From assembly GCF_009914755.1 (NCBI RefSeq), contig NC_060931.1: a stretch of DNA of 64,000 nt; one strand, written 5' to 3'. Below the pieces are notes generated by a model. It did no database searches, had not been told where the DNA came from, and was given only the letters and a program-made list of their open reading frames with translations. Positions within the stretch are counted from its first letter, which is position 1. The number at the start of each line of letters is the position of its first letter. Shown here one piece after another: positions 12,331 to 27,076 of the stretch. Position numbers and translations under genes: made by a program. Source of the stretch: the human T2T-CHM13v2.0 reference genome, Homo sapiens.

Positions 12331-13659
12331 AGTACTTGAATTTTACTCAACTGGATCTTACAGTCACAGATTCTCCACTCGTTACTATGTCCTGTGTGTC
12401 CACAAAATGGCAGTCATTCCTTATGTCTCCTGCATGTACACGAGACAGTTACACAACTGTATTCAGGCAAATGTATCAGTAAGGCTACCATCAAAGAGAA
12501 AGGAAGATGCACATAACTTTATACCATAAATAGTTAAGGAAACCACAGAATAGTGAGAAAATCAGCTCCTATCAAAGAAGTATGGAATAGAAGAAAGAAT
12601 AGGCACTTTCTTATAACAGGAGTTATAATCATGCTCCACCACTTACTACTTGGATGATCTCAGCCAAGTCACATTCTCTGTCTCCCTTAGTTTCAGCTTC
12701 TGAAAACATGATTAATACAACCTTGCACAATTGCTAGAATTAAATGAGGAAATGAATAAGATACTTCACAAAATACCTGGCATATAGTGAGTGCTCACTA
12801 AATTCTTGTTCTCTCCCTCCACTAAGACATAGCAAATAGGTGTGTATGTTGTCATACCATTAATTAGGGATGGTTTTACAAAAAGGGATTTCAATAGCTA
12901 ATTTAGTTACATCATCAACCTGGCCTTTAGAAATCTGAGTCCTATGGATTCAATAGGGAAAGAAAGGACCAATAAAGATGCAAACCCTGACTTGTCCCTC
13001 ACTCACGGCACCTACCACATTGATGACCTATAGCCTCTGAGTCCCAGATTGCGGGATCTCTCTAACAAAGTTGGTAATTAATATCTTTGAAAGATCTGAA
13101 TGGGGTCATTGCTTTAAATTCCTGTTGCATCTGATCTTATCAAGGAGAAATGACTTTGGTATAACTGTTTACCTATGCATAACTGTAGAATGTTTCCCCA
13201 TTGATGTAGCATTCATTCTCCCACATCTCAGCTACTAAAGTGTGAGGGGAGGCAGTAAGTAAGAAAGACAGCCACATCCCAGGCCACTTCTTCATAATGC
13301 CAAAATCGATGTCAGTGTTCCACAAGGATCAAGAGATAGGAGGAACTTTAAAAATAATTAACTTGTTGGAAATTGTCAAACCTTGTTCCTGGTATCAGTC
13401 CCTAGCAGCCTTTATTGGTAGTTTTTCATAACAGAATGATGAATAGTAATTACATCCTGAAAGATTACAATGCAGTTGCTCTAGAGGAACAACTTATACT
13501 AGAGAACTAAAAATTGTCTTCTACATTGTTAACATGGTATTTTCTAAGATTGGGATTTGCCAGAATGTTAAAGGTGGACTGTTTATTCATTTATAGCACA
13601 GACATTTATTTGTGGTTCATACTATATCTCGAAAAAATTTTTTGAAAGTAACTTTCCTT

Positions 13660-13840
13660 GGGAATAAGTTGTCATGGTCTATAGTACTGCAGGATGACTA
13701 GAGTTAACAATAATATATAGTTTCAAATTGATAGAAGGAGGATATTGAATGTTCTTAACACAAAGGAATGATAAATGTTTGAGATGATGGATATGCTAAT
13801 TACCCTGATTTGATCACTATCTATTATATATATTGAAAAA
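13660..13840 (+). mobile_element. L1MA 3' fragment
   Basis: gataaatgtttgagatgatggatatgctaattaccctgatttgatcact. Confidence 0.8.
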
Positions 13841-16315
13841 GGTAACTTTTTTTATTCCAACCTTGTGGAACTTAATTTTCTTGCAAAGTAACTTTCACAT
13901 TGATGGTGAGAAGAGTTAAACTTACCAATTAAATGTAACTCAATCTCCTCTGACTCATTTTAGGTATGTAATCAATTTAAATTTCAAACTCTATATCTGG
14001 ATTGTTTCTCTCCTTCAAAAGTTTCCCTTCCTTTTTCCGACATATAATCTAAGTGCAAGGAGAAGCTTGGTGTTGGGGGAAGGACTTTTGACCTAAATGT
14101 TGCCCTCCAGGGACTTCTTACCCCCAAAGAAGCAGCAATTTATTGCCACTCGTGTCTGGGCAGCAGTAGCCTCTGCCCTCACTCATTGTTGAAGTGCTCT
14201 TGGCTGTGATCCCTTCTCTCAGGGTGGTTCAAGCACGATGTGTCCTGTCTAACTGGGCCTTCACATTGCCTCTCATTATGCTGTTGATCCACTAATCTCT
14301 GGCTGTGAATCACATCCATCTAAGAGGTTGAACACTTACTCTCAATCCTCTGCTAGAGGGACACTGTGCCCTTCAACTGAGCACACGTGGTCCAGCCAGC
14401 ACTCTGAGCTGCCTCCCCTGCCATACACACAGGAAAGCAGAGGGTATTGTCTTATCCTTTTATCCACCTAAATATTGCATGTTGCCATTTTTTTTCTACT
14501 CTGGACACCAGTGTTGGAGAAAAGCATCCTACAAACCCCTTCCCTTTTTCTGGGTTTTCTATATTCTTACTTCTCCTCCATTCCCCATACACACTGAGCT
14601 AACCCCAAAGAGCAGCAGCATTTGAACCATAGTCTTATCATGTCTATATGTTGTTTTCTGTCTGGTAAAAGGGCCTCTACTTGTCCTTTCCACCTGTTGC
14701 CTCTATACCATATCGCCTCTTTCTTCCCACCTTCTTTGTTCTGGGCAGTAATCACCTTCCCCTTTCCTAGAGCCATAAAACAGCATTAATGGTGGAGGGG
14801 GCATTAGAAACTAAATTGCTGAGAGGAGATATGCCTAACGAGGTATTTCAATGACATCATCTCTGTTACATACTCAAGGACAAGCCAAAGTAAAACATGT
14901 AAAAACAGCGGTGGTACAGGGAAGACAGGGTGTCAAGTAACAGCTAATGGCAGAGCTCAGCTCAGCCTTGCAGCTCACGTGTTTCAGGAGAGCCTCCTGG
15001 GACCCCAGTGGCTGGTGGTGTGAGGCCCATGGGGCAGTGAGATCTTGGTCTCATTCTTGCACCGTCTCCAGTACAAGTTCTCTAGTCCTGGAGCTTTGAC
15101 AAAATTTCTGTTTTAGGTAATTCTGAGATTTTTGTGTCATTGGTCACTCCAATCACCTTGCAAAGTGAAACATTAATCCAATCTTCACATTTCAGAGGTG
15201 ACGAGACTGAGGACAGCAAAGTTAAGTACCTGTCCAAGAGCAGGGACTCAAATTCAATTCTTTTGACTCCACGTCCAGTGCTCTACATGATTAATGCTTC
15301 ACAGGTAGAGCAATAAAATAACATGAATGAGGTGAGGAGGGGGCAGGTGGGAAGGCCCTCTCCAAAATATCTTTCTAATTAACCTGCTCCATACTTCAAC
15401 ACCATATGGTCCTGTTAAAAAGCAGATAACATATACCTGGGTGGGGGTAGAGGGCAGTTTATACATCATTGTTGAACATTACTAGCTTGGTGTGAATAGT
15501 TTATGAGTCCCTTTCCCAGGGACAGCCATCTGAGAGCAGATTTTAATGCACAGACACAGATAAAGCAGGACATGGGTCCTTCCCAAGGAGGGATCTTGGC
15601 TGGGGAGTGTGGGTGTTTTGGGTGGAACAACAGATAATGAGCATGAGCGAGGGCAGAGTGGAGCTGGGGAGAAGATTGAGGAAGGGGAGGTAGGAGGACT
15701 CCAGAGACAAACCAGACCTGCAGCGGCCATGGGCTATTGCTGGTGCTGGACTGAGGCATGGGTTACCTGGCCTCTGTAAGCCTCAGATCATAATCATTTC
15801 TGCCTCTCATAAGACTCAAGCAAGTTGGTGATCTGAAAGTATTCTGTAAGCACTAAAGCACCATACAAATGATAGCCATTATGACTATTGATGTTGTTAT
15901 TATTACTGAAGACCACAGGAATCATTTTGCAATATATTTTTTGATTTATTGCAAAATGTCCTTGTAATCTGTAAACTTTTTCATTTGCTGTACATTTTAA
16001 AAAGTGACAAGAGAACATGCTAGTTCAATGAGTATATAAAATTTTCTTTTTAAAAAAAAGTGAATATATTTTCCCCATTTACTTGAATAACATATTTTGA
16101 GATTGTGGTAAAAACATAATTCTGCAGCCTTTGTTCCCTGCTATTTGGCTTATGAATCTGGTGATGTGTTTAGGAGAAACAAAATGTTACCTGCACGTGA
16201 CATGAGAAATTTACACGAAAGGCTAAGTACCAAAGCTAATCAATGCACCCAAAAGTTGTTGAGTTTTCAGCTCACAGGTAAGCTGAGTGGCAGGAGGAAA
16301 GGTGAAGAGCTCCCT

Positions 16316-16699
16316 GTAGTGGATGCTGTGGTGTGCTGCCCAGATTTCCCCCTCGGGTGTGAGGCACTCACTTCCCTAAGTCCTGGGGATGTTGACTCTC
16401 GGCTGAGTCTCCCTCTGGGAATTACCCTCAGCTGAGGACAGCTGGTTCACTCAAGGTCAAATCCCCTCTCTAGTGGCAGCCCCCACCCAAGTCTCCTCAG
16501 TGCAGAGGTATAAAGACCAAGCCCCCTTGCCCTAATTTGGGACAATTCTCCAGAATGTGAGACAAGACTGTGGGGACCTTTTCTATGACTGTATAGTAGT
16601 TCAGTTTTTCTCTCTCCAATCACAAGAGCACTCCCCAGGGAACTTCCTGACCTCGAATCTCCATCCAGAAGCTGTTTATCTGGAATCCAAACAGAGACA
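16316..16699 (+). mobile_element. ERVL solo LTR (LTR16 family)
   Basis: Starts tgtagtggatgctgtggtgtgctgcccagat and ends ...agagaca. Confidence 0.65.
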
Positions 16700-17149
16700 C
16701 TCCCCCTGCTGAGGCTGGTGGAAGCTCAAGAGAGCAGGGAAGCAGGGCTAGTTATTCCAGGTGAGATAGAGAGAAGCTGGGAATGAAGCCACTCTCTGCC
16801 GTCCTTCGTGGGGCTTGCTTGTATAAGGAGAGGATTATTTGTACTTGTTCACTCAACATGTAGCTGATTAAAAATTAATTTAGGCAACAGAAATAATGAT
16901 GGAGCCTTTTGGAGCAGCGATGTTGAGTCAATAGGGAGGATGTTTGCTAAAGATCTTATTTTAGGGATCAATGTCTTTCAATTGACCAGTCCTTAAAACT
17001 TTTTTGCAGCATAGGAAACTGCAAGGCTGGCAATGTGGTAAAATTCCTGTTTTATATATTTATTAATTGCAGCGTTTCCTTATCTTAACATATAGTAAGA
17101 AAAAGCTGAGAAAAAATAAACAATAAGCTAAAAATACTTACTTTATCCA

Positions 17150-18480
17150 TTGCAGATTACTAGATTAAAACACCCTTATTATCTGCCCATTGGCAAAGGT
17201 GAAAAAAATAATGTTTAGTGTGGGTGAGGCCATGAGGAAACAGTCACTGTCATAAAATATTGTAAAGATTTCAATTCTCTCTCAAACTAAAGTAAATAAA
17301 ATACTGATTATAAACCCCACTGAGATCTTTACAAGCAGATTCTAAAATTCATCTGAAAGAGAGAATGAAAAAACACAAAAGGCTTTAAGGACAATATACC
17401 AAACATAAACACTTAAACTATAAAACTATTGGAGAAAAAAAAAAACTATAAAACTGAAGAAATGACATGCATGGCAGTGATTGACAAAAAGAGCAATTAA
17501 TCATTGATACAGAATAGAGCCTGAAGCAGAATTTGTTAGATGACTCATTTTATATCAGTAGGAAAAAGAGGAACCTTTCATTGAACGGTTTTATGTCAAC
17601 CGAGAAGATAAAGTTAAGTTCCTGCCTCACAAAAACAAATAAACAATAAAATAAATTCTAAGCGTTAGTTGGACATCTTCTAGAAGGGGTCAGATGGTAA
17701 ATATTTTCAGCTTTGGGGGCAATATAATTTCTGGCAAGTATTCACCTCTGCTATTGTAGCACAAAAGCAGTCATCAACAATATGGAAACCAATAGGTATA
17801 GCTGTGTTCCAGAAACACTTTATTTACAAAGATAGGCTACTTGGTGGTCCCTGGATAAAAAACTATCAGCATTAAAAAAGCAAACTATCATACAAAATTT
17901 TGGAAAATTTGTTATAACATCGGCATGAGGAAGTCCTCACAAGACACAAATAAAAGAAATTTACTGGAACTATGTAGTCTGGGCAAGAATGTAAGGCAAG
18001 GCTTTAAAATGTATTCCTTTGAGGCATTAATTTCATTACAAGGAACTTATCCTGTAGAATAGATTGCATCCATACACATTGATATATCTACATCTCCATA
18101 AACCTGTGTACACAAAAAGTTGAAAATAAACCACATGTACATTAACAGAGAATTAATTAAATTATGGTCCATGGGTACCAGGTCTAGCAGTTAAAAAGAA
18201 AAAGTTCTACATGTACTGCTATGGAAAGATATCCCTGATACACTGTTTTAAGAAAAGCAATTACCTTATGAAGTGTAGAGTAAAATCTCAGTTTTGTTAT
18301 ATATGATGTATATTGTATATATGTGTAGAAACAAATCTAGAAAGATAGACATCAAATTGGTTACCTCTGAGAGCAGGGTGGGGGTGGGGTGAGCACTGGA
18401 CTTCCTATAGTATATCTTCTTACTGTATATCCTTCTATATGGTTTGAATGCATTATTGTGAGCACGTATTAGCTAAAAAT
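17150..18480 (+). mobile_element. L1ME/L1MC 3' region with MER58A inserted at ~17665-17850
   Basis: Degenerate L1 ORF2/3'UTR motifs; MER58 motif ctgtgttccagaaacactttatttacaaa. Confidence 0.65.
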
Positions 18481-18989
18481 AGGAAAGAAAGACCTTCTAA
18501 GAGGCGGCACTCAGAATTCTGAGAAGTGCAGCATGGAATTAGATGACTCTGGCCAATTTTTTAGAGACAGAGATGAGAAGAAGGAGAGGGTGTAGCTGTC
18601 TTACGTGTTGTCGTGGAAACATTCACAGTGTATGACATGCATACAGCCATGTCATAGACATCTGGGAGTGGGAGGAGGCAGATACCCACATGAGGTATGT
18701 TATCTCATGGACAGGAGGTAGTGAGGATGAAATGGGAAGAACACACCTTAGACTATAGGTGTAGTCTTTGTCACTGCTTGGCTTCCTGCCCTGGCACTTG
18801 GCCTTCAGGCTACTGAAAAGATTTGTGGCCAGGGTTAATGATATAGCAGATGTGTAACCCAAATATAACTGTCACCCTCCTGGCTCACGCTCAATGCAGC
18901 ATCTCATTCAAACAAACAGTGATCTCATTAAGAAGTCTTGAGAAACACCAGAGCCCTTTTACTGCAGTTGTCCATAAAGTGGTGGCTTA

Positions 18990-19373
<384 letters not shown>

Positions 19374-20029
19374 TTACTGATGGCAGCTGCTAAAACCTCT
19401 GTCTCATTCATGTAGCCCCTTCACAGACACATGGTTCCCACATTTTCTTTGTCTTTCCCCAAACAATTTAGCTTACACATGACACCTGTGCACAGGTCCT
19501 GGCACCATGTAATCTGTCTTCAGCCAAGTCTGCATTTCCTATGAGAATCATATTGCCATGGAATGTGGTGAATAAAAGAAAAAGTTGAAATTTTCAAGTG
19601 GCTTCATGACTAGGATCCTCTTTATTCCTCCAGCTTTATCTCTCCTTCCCTCATGCAACTCACAAATTCTCCAAGTTCACCACGCTGGCCTCTCAATTTT
19701 GAACACCATTCCTCCTTCATCTGACTAACTTCCATTCAATTGACAGGTCATAGCTTACTTGGTATCTCTTCCAGGAAACCTTTTGGGATACTCCTAGAGC
19801 TGGTTAGGTGCCCCTTCTCTACAGCACCTTCCCTGGCACCTCTGTTGACATCATTGGCCCTGCTTTACAGCTGCCTTTTGTGCCTACATGTCACTCCAAC
19901 AGAAAGCAAGTTCCATGAGGATCAAGATCATGTTTGTCTTGTTCACAATCTCATTCCCAGCAACTGGCACAAAGCCTGCACCTAGAAGACAGTTGACAAG
20001 TGTTTGCTGAATGCTTGAAAACAGAGACA

Positions 20030-20330
20030 GGCTGGGCGTGGTGGCTGATGCCTGTAATCCCAGCACTTTGGGAAGCCAAGGCGGGCACATCACTTGAGGT
20101 CAGGAGTTCCAGACCAGCCTGGCCAAGATGGTGAAACCCTGTCTCTACTAAAAATACAAAAATTAGCCGGGCATGGTGGTGTGTGCCTGTAATCCCAGCT
20201 ACTTGGGAGACTTAGGCAGGAGAACTACTGGAACCCAGGAGGCAAAGTTGTAGTGACCCGAGATCGCGCCACTGCACTCCAGCCTGGGAGACAGAGTGAG
20301 ACTCTGTCTCGAAAAAAAAAAAAGAAAAGA
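20030..20330 (+). mobile_element. AluS
   Basis: Full dimer; TSD gaaaacagaga. Confidence 0.95.
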
Positions 20331-21099
20331 AAACAGAGAAGCCTAGCTTGAACAGCTCAGGCAATCTGAGTTATGTATCTTTTGAGGCCCTTTTTTATGC
20401 ACAAAAATACTCTCAAATATCAGCCTTTTTAGTTTTAGTTTTAAATTCAGTCTATGATTCACATTCAAGGCCAAAAAAATTATTTTCACAGTGGGAGCCC
20501 TCTAATTTAGCCTCTGTGAAAAACAGAAAACATATTGAATGTCAGTCAATAGAAAAATGATTGGATAAGACATGAAGCATTCGTATTTTGGAATATCCTA
20601 CAACTTCTAAAGAAAAGAAATTAGAACTGCATGTGCTGACCTGAAGGGATATCCATGATACATTAAGTGAAAAAGACAGGTTGCAAAGCAATCTTGTGTA
20701 TTAGGATGTGATCTCATTTTTTAAATAACAACAACAACAAAAATGGAAGGAATGAAAAGGAAAAAACACATATAGGAGTATATATATTTGTATATGTGTG
20801 AATAAACATAGATTGGTGTGAATGAATTCCTGTCACACTATTAAATTTGCTTCCCTTCAAAGAGTGGGAATGGAGAAGAGAAAATGATGAACTTTACACA
20901 TCTTTGTAACATCTGATGTGTAAAAATGAATATGTATTTTTAATATCCAGTAATTTAATCCAGTGGCAAATATGGAGATCACCGTAGATCCCCCAACTTT
21001 CAAAATATTGTATATCTGTGCTTTATAAACCTGAGTATGCGTAAGGATCACCTGGAGGTTTGTTAAAATTCATATTGCTGGGCCAGTCTCTGGACTGAG

Positions 21100-21430
21100 A
21101 TTAGAGCAATTTTCAAGTGTAGTGCTTGAGTACCGTTAGTGATGGGGAAAATGTACTCATTCTGTTCAGTGGCACTTATCAACTCCTCAGAATCTGCACT
21201 GTGACTCTGGGATCAGAAGTCGTCCTACATGTTCAAGGACATTATGAGTGTGGGGCTATAGTTGGTTATCATTATTCTGAGCCTTGCCGTATCTTTCCCA
21301 CCATATTCTTATGGTAGGCAGTTGCTTCCCTGCTTGCTGCTTGAAATAAGGCTTTGCCGTTATTGAAGATGGAAATACGGTGGACATATTGGAAGGCGGC
21401 AGCATGCTGGATCCATCCAGCCACTGGGTG
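21100..21430 (-). mobile_element. Ancient RTE-clade LINE (L4/MamRTE-like) RT fragment
   Basis: Minus-strand frames give ISIFNNGK...VGKI..AR...LIPESQCRF, like the RTE RT segment IVTIFKKG...AGKILAR...LPESQCGFR. Confidence 0.5.
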
Positions 21431-21469
21431 AAGGGTTTAGGACAATCAGAAAAGGAGAGTGGAGTACCT

Positions 21470-21812
21470 TTGGGCCAGAAGAGCAGGGAGCAGTTACTAC
21501 TCTTTCACTCCATGGGACAAGGAGAAGGAATGCTTCTTAGACACGCAAGAGGGTAACTGTATAGAAGGGTAGCTGTAGCCTTTGGTAGAGGGAAAAGACC
21601 TGGAAGGGAGGAAGCTGGGGGGAATAAATACCCCACCCTAAGACTTTCTACCCTCTGATCTCCCTCTGTTGCTCCCCACTGGTTGAACCAACCAGAATCC
21701 AAAAGGCAAGAAGCCTTTTCATAGAGTCCATGCAGGTCAGCCTCCTGGAGCACATAGCAGGACTGAAAAGCATGGAAGAGGAATTACAGGGTCAAGCAGT
21801 GGATACCCACAC
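21470..21812 (-). mobile_element. LTR33-type ERVL LTR
   Basis: Reverse strand ccaggaggctgacctgcatggact...ggggtatttattcccc. Confidence 0.65.
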
Positions 21813-22029
21813 ACTAACCAATTAATTGCTTATATTTTTCTTTTTATGAATACATGAGAGTCATATATGATTCAAAAATCTCTGTAAATACATCTAAAAT
21901 ATCTCATTTATCAGGTATACAATGAAAATTCTAAATGATAGCAAAGTTCTGTTTAAAATGCAAATTGTAAATGATAGAAAGCAAAGCTCTGTTTAACTGT
22001 AGGAGCTCTAAAGCCTGGTAAAGCTTCCA

Positions 22030-23100
22030 AAATCCAACCTCACATCATACTCTCAAATCAATTCCAAGTAGCACATAGAACTAAATGTAAAAGAAGAACT
22101 GATACAGCTTTTAGAAGCTAATGTTGGAAAATACTTTCTTGATTTGGAGCAATCAAAGATGTCTTTAACAGGACATAAAGAACAATAACAACAAATAAAA
22201 ATATTGATAAATGGAACTACATTAAAATTAAGAACTTTGGTTTATCAAAAAGGATATGAAGAGCGAAAAGGAAGCCACATAGTAAGAGGAGTTATATGCA
22301 ACACGAATAACATATGCAGAACATAAAGAATCCTACAAAACAACAGACCAGGCCAATCACCCAACAGAAGAAATGGGCAAGAGACTCCAAGAAGTAGCCA
22401 ATACACATATTAAATGTGTTCAACCTCCTTAATTATCCAGAAAATGCAAATTAAACTCACAACAAAGTACTAGAACAAACCCACTAGAATAGCTAAAATT
22501 AAAAATATGGACAAGACCAAGCATTAGCAGGACCATGGCAGTATGAGAATGTTTATATGCTACTGATGAAGTATAAAGAGCTTAACCACTTTGGAAAACT
22601 GGTTGGTATCACATTGTTATGTTGAATACAAACATACAATATGATCCTGCAATTTTATTTCTAGATATATATCCAACAGAAAAGTGTGCATATGTAAATC
22701 AAAACATGAACAGAATTATTCAAAGCAGAAGGATCATAATGTCCCCAAACTGGAAATAAGTCTAACGCCCATCAATAGGAGCATACTATTCAGCAATTAA
22801 ATGAATGATCTACAGCCACACATAACCACATGATGCATAAATTTGCATTCAAAATCAGGCAAAATTATTCTGTGGTGTAGAAGTCAGAAGAGTGGTTATT
22901 TTTGGGGAGAAATAAAGGGGCCACTGATTGGGAGGAGGTATGAGGAGCTCATGCAGTACCAGTAACGTTCTATGTTTTGACCCGGGTGGTAGTTACATGG
23001 GTGTGTTTGCTTTGAGTTAATTAATTGAACTGTACAATTAATATTTGTACTTTTTTTTTCTGTTTGCAGATCCCAAGTTAATAAAAAGTTTAAAAACAAA
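22030..23100 (+). mobile_element. Old L1M ORF2 end and 3'UTR
   Basis: aaatgcaaattaaa, accactttggaaaac and a terminal aataaaaagtt A-rich end. Confidence 0.8.
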
Positions 23101-24619
23101 GAGCTTTATAAAAGCTTGTAAGAATTAGATATAAAAGAACATGAGGTAAGACCTGATTTGGGAAAGAGAAAGTCTGGGATGGATGTAAATGACTGAGATT
23201 CTATTTTAACCCCCATAAGCACTGACTATAATAGATCATCATGTGTTGCCTCCCAACCCAAATCTGGAAAATCATGTCCTAAAAAGAAATTGTTATAGAC
23301 TTTAAATTTCACCCTATCATCCCTGCCCATTTCCAACCAGGCTGAAATTATAGCTCTATTTAAAAGTGAGTTCATTTAATATAACTTAAATTGACTGGCT
23401 TATCTGTCGAAGCCAGCACTACATTTCACAGCCCTTCACATGCCAGCAAATGCATACATAACACTTTGTTCTTTCCTGTTCCCAAGGTCTAAAGAGCCTG
23501 CACATGAACAAAACAAATCCGTAATACAAATTATGGGTATGGATAATATAAAAGCAATGGACCAAAATTATGCATTTTACCAATTTCTAAATAATGTTTT
23601 ATACCTAAAAGCATAATTTGAGGAACTCAATAAAGCAATAAAAATCTGTTAACATTTCTATTAGTCCAACACCATCTCCATTTCTTCAGGACACCTAGCA
23701 CATCTCAGCAGAATTTAACAGTCACTGCAGTGTGAAGGGCAAAGACCCCCAAACTCTAGCTACCAACCTGAGTCATATCAAGATTCAACCCAGTCAGGGG
23801 CCTCATGTACTGATAGGAATTTGCTCTTATGTTTCTACTTGGGTGTGACAATTAACCCACCCAGCACACTCGAATCAGTCAGTAAAATAAACCTAGTTGA
23901 TATTGTCTAAAACTTGGCTGCAATCACACGGAACTAAGCAATGTGCCATTTGAGCCTGTGGTCATTGAATATTGCAGACCATTCTCTGGGTCAACAACCA
24001 CTTCTGAGTGAGTGCCCATTTGTACCTGGCACCTGTCTGGGTGCTGCAATTACAAAGAAGAATGAGGCCCAGTTCTTGTCTTGAGAGTTCATGATCATCA
24101 ATTTATTCTAGGGAATTTAGATATTATGTATAAGCAACTTGAATAAAGCTAAAATCCTTTCCATTTTACCACCTAGAGAGAACATCTTGATAAATAAGCT
24201 TCCATTTACAAACACCCAAACAGTTTTTTCTTTTTTAAAATCCCAACATGCTTATACTGTACATACCATTGTGTGACCTGCTTTTTTTTTCATTAGTATT
24301 TTGGAAACATCTTCCTACTTTCAGAGACGCTGCATGTGGGTGAACCATGTCTATCCTGCTCGTTCCTGAATTGAATCCCTAGCACCTGAAAGGAGTTCCT
24401 CCATCAATAGTCATTCCCTCCAGTCTCTCTCTCTTTTTAACAGATACTTCACAAACAAAATGGGAAAGCTTGTATGTTTGACTCCCACTAGAAGTAAAAT
24501 GAGGGAAACTTTACAGTTTGCACAGAAGCTTTTTATTGTCCCAACATCCCTTAATAATGGTCTTTAAATTTACATATAAAAATATATTTTCCTAAATACT
24601 TTTTTAAATTTAAAAAAGA

Positions 24620-24945
24620 GGCTGGATGCAGCAGCTCATGGCTGTAATCCCAGCACTTTGGGAGGCCAAGGTGGGATGATTGTTCAAGGCCAGGAGTTTG
24701 AGACCAGCCTGGTCAATAGTGAGACTCTGTCTCTTAAAAAAAAAACAAAAAACTAGCCAGGTGCTGTGTCATGTGCCTGTAGTCCCAGCTGCTCAGGAGG
24801 CTGAAGCAAGACGATCACTTGAGCCCATGAATTCCAGGCTACAGTGAACTATGATGGCATCACTGCACTCCAGCTTGGGTGACGAAGTGAGACCCTGTCT
24901 CAAACTAACAAACAAAAACAAAAACAAAACAAAACCCAAACAAAA
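24620..24945 (+). mobile_element. AluJ
   Basis: Diverged dimer with (CAAAA)n tail. Confidence 0.9.
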
Positions 24946-25108
24946 TGGGTTTTGGATGGCAGATGAGCAGCCTCATCTGCTCCAAGATGCTTGTGGCTTG
25001 GTTAAGACCAGGGGCACTGGAGGCAGAGAGGCTGGACTCCTATTCCAGCTTTACCCTCAGGAGCTCTGGGATCCTCTTTTCTACATCTTAAAAAAAAAAA
25101 AAGGATTA

Positions 25109-25367
25109 GGCCAGGTGCGGTGGTTTGGGAGGCCAAGGCAGACAGATCACTTAAGTTCAGGGGTTCGAGACCAGCCTGGCCAACATGGTGAAACCCCATC
25201 TCTATTAAAAATACAAAAATTAGCTAGGCGTGGTGGCAGGTGCCTGTAATCTCACCTACTTGGAAGGCTGAAGCAGGAGAATCACTTGAACTTGGGAAGT
25301 GGAGGTTGCACCACTGCACTCCAGTCTGGGCAACAGAGCAAGATTCCCTCTCAAAAAAACAAAAACA
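25109..25367 (+). mobile_element. AluS with internal deletions, inserted in a MIR
   Basis: Alu lacking ctcacgcctgtaatcccagcac; MIR-like sequence on both sides. Confidence 0.85.
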
Positions 25368-27076
25368 AGGACTAAAAGTTGGGACTGCTTCATAGGGCTG
25401 TGATAACCTTAAGTGAGCTAATACTTAAAATAGACCTAACAGTGCCTGATATAGATAACTGCTCAATATCTTCCACATTTTTTTTTTCTTAGCTCTTGCC
25501 ACCATAACTGAAGAGACTAAAATTCTCGGCAGCAATGTCTGAGCCAAGGCTGATTTTATACAAAAAAGCTTTACTCTGAATGCATTTCCTTTTGAGTTAT
25601 CTCTGTATTTCAAAATTATGTCCAGTGAAATGTATAGAATAGTTGCACAGTAGGTGCTTGGTATTCTCTGATTTATCACTTGACATCCAATCAGCCTGGT
25701 AGGACTCCCAGGGGCCATGGCAGTCTGTCTTTGTGAATGGGCTCCTCAGACAGCAAGGAGGGTCTGAGGGCTGAGTGGCCGAGTGGAGAGGACACTTAGC
25801 TGACCACTAGGCTTCTGCTCCTGAACGTGCTGGGTTGCCCTTTCCTCGTCATTACACACAGAGTGATGCCTATGAAATGTTAAAAGTGTTGTTTTTCTGA
25901 AAAAAAAAAAAAAAAAAAAAAAGGAAGGAAAGAAAGAAGGAAGGAAGGAAGGAAGAAAAGAAAAGGTGTGTATCAAGTGTGTATGGAAGAATAAGGTTAT
26001 GTGCTCCTTATTTCACTATTATTAGTAAAATTTCATTTTGCCCATTTCCGTCAATAAAACAGAGCCCTACCAGCTAGCTTGTTTTGTTTATACTACTAAC
26101 TAATGGAATTTCAGAGCCTGACCTTAAAAATGCATGCCTTCATAATTAACAAAAGGAACCTCAGAAAGACATGAAAGAGATGCCGTCTTCTCCCCTTCTA
26201 CAGAGGGAGACAAATCTTTTTCCCATAAAACTAGTTCCAGTAATCTAATTTGATAAAACACTAAATTGAGAGCAGTCAGACAAGTATCAGTCTTGCTTTT
26301 GTGTGTGAATGACTGTTACCAACTTATTTTCTTCCTTTATCAAAAATCTGTCCTTGAAAACTAATATGAACAAAGCAATCTTGTAAAAGCCCTAAAACTA
26401 GAAATTGTTGCCATGGCCTGCAAAATAACAGTGCTTGTTATTTTCCATTATTCTTCCCTGCTCCCAAGATCCATTCTCTTCTTTTCTAAGCCTTGTACTG
26501 CACAGAACGCATCACCCAGCACCCCACTCCGACCCCGCCCTGCCCTGTGTGCATGGGCCTGGCTGGCTTTGACCAACGGGAGGGCCTCATGAGACTTGGG
26601 GGAAGCAAGCAAAATACTCATGCAAAATCTAAGGAGGTCTTCACTCTCAGGTTCCACCCTGGGCAGCATGAGCCTGAGAATGAGCATCTTCCTTCCTCAC
26701 TCGGGAATTACGGGGCAGGGTATTCATTCCCACTCTCTCTCTATTTTGGGCTACGTTTCTACTTATGGCACCAGCCCCCCTGCCCAGGAAAGGGCTAGAG
26801 GTGACAGGGGAAACTTCTTCAGGGATCCACTTCTCCTTGGGCTCCCCTTGCCCCTCCAGCCCTACAGATAGAGATGGTTTCCCACTGCTATTGGTCTCTG
26901 GGTACCCCAGCTTCCCTTAACGTTACTCATACCTTTATAAGTAATTCCTTGAACCATCTGAGTTGGAAGTTATTTCTCACAAGAACCAATAATCTTTAAA
27001 AAAAGGTAATTCTGAGTATTGATCTTACTTGATAGTTTATTGTTCTGGTAATAATGTGATGGATAGCTCAGTATTC

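Noticed and set aside
18497-18512. CTCF-like motif ctaagaggcggcac
   Set aside because: Two core mismatches; expected by chance in 64 kb.
21930-21996. Short imperfect direct repeat aaatgatag...tctgtttaa
   Set aside because: Ordinary slippage duplication with no further structure.
24851-25249. 132-aa ORF and similar ORFs (19050, 27663, 27892, 30279, 31186, 45283, 54342)
   Set aside because: Translations run through Alu sequence (typical LSPRLECSG / [10 protein letters not shown] artefacts).
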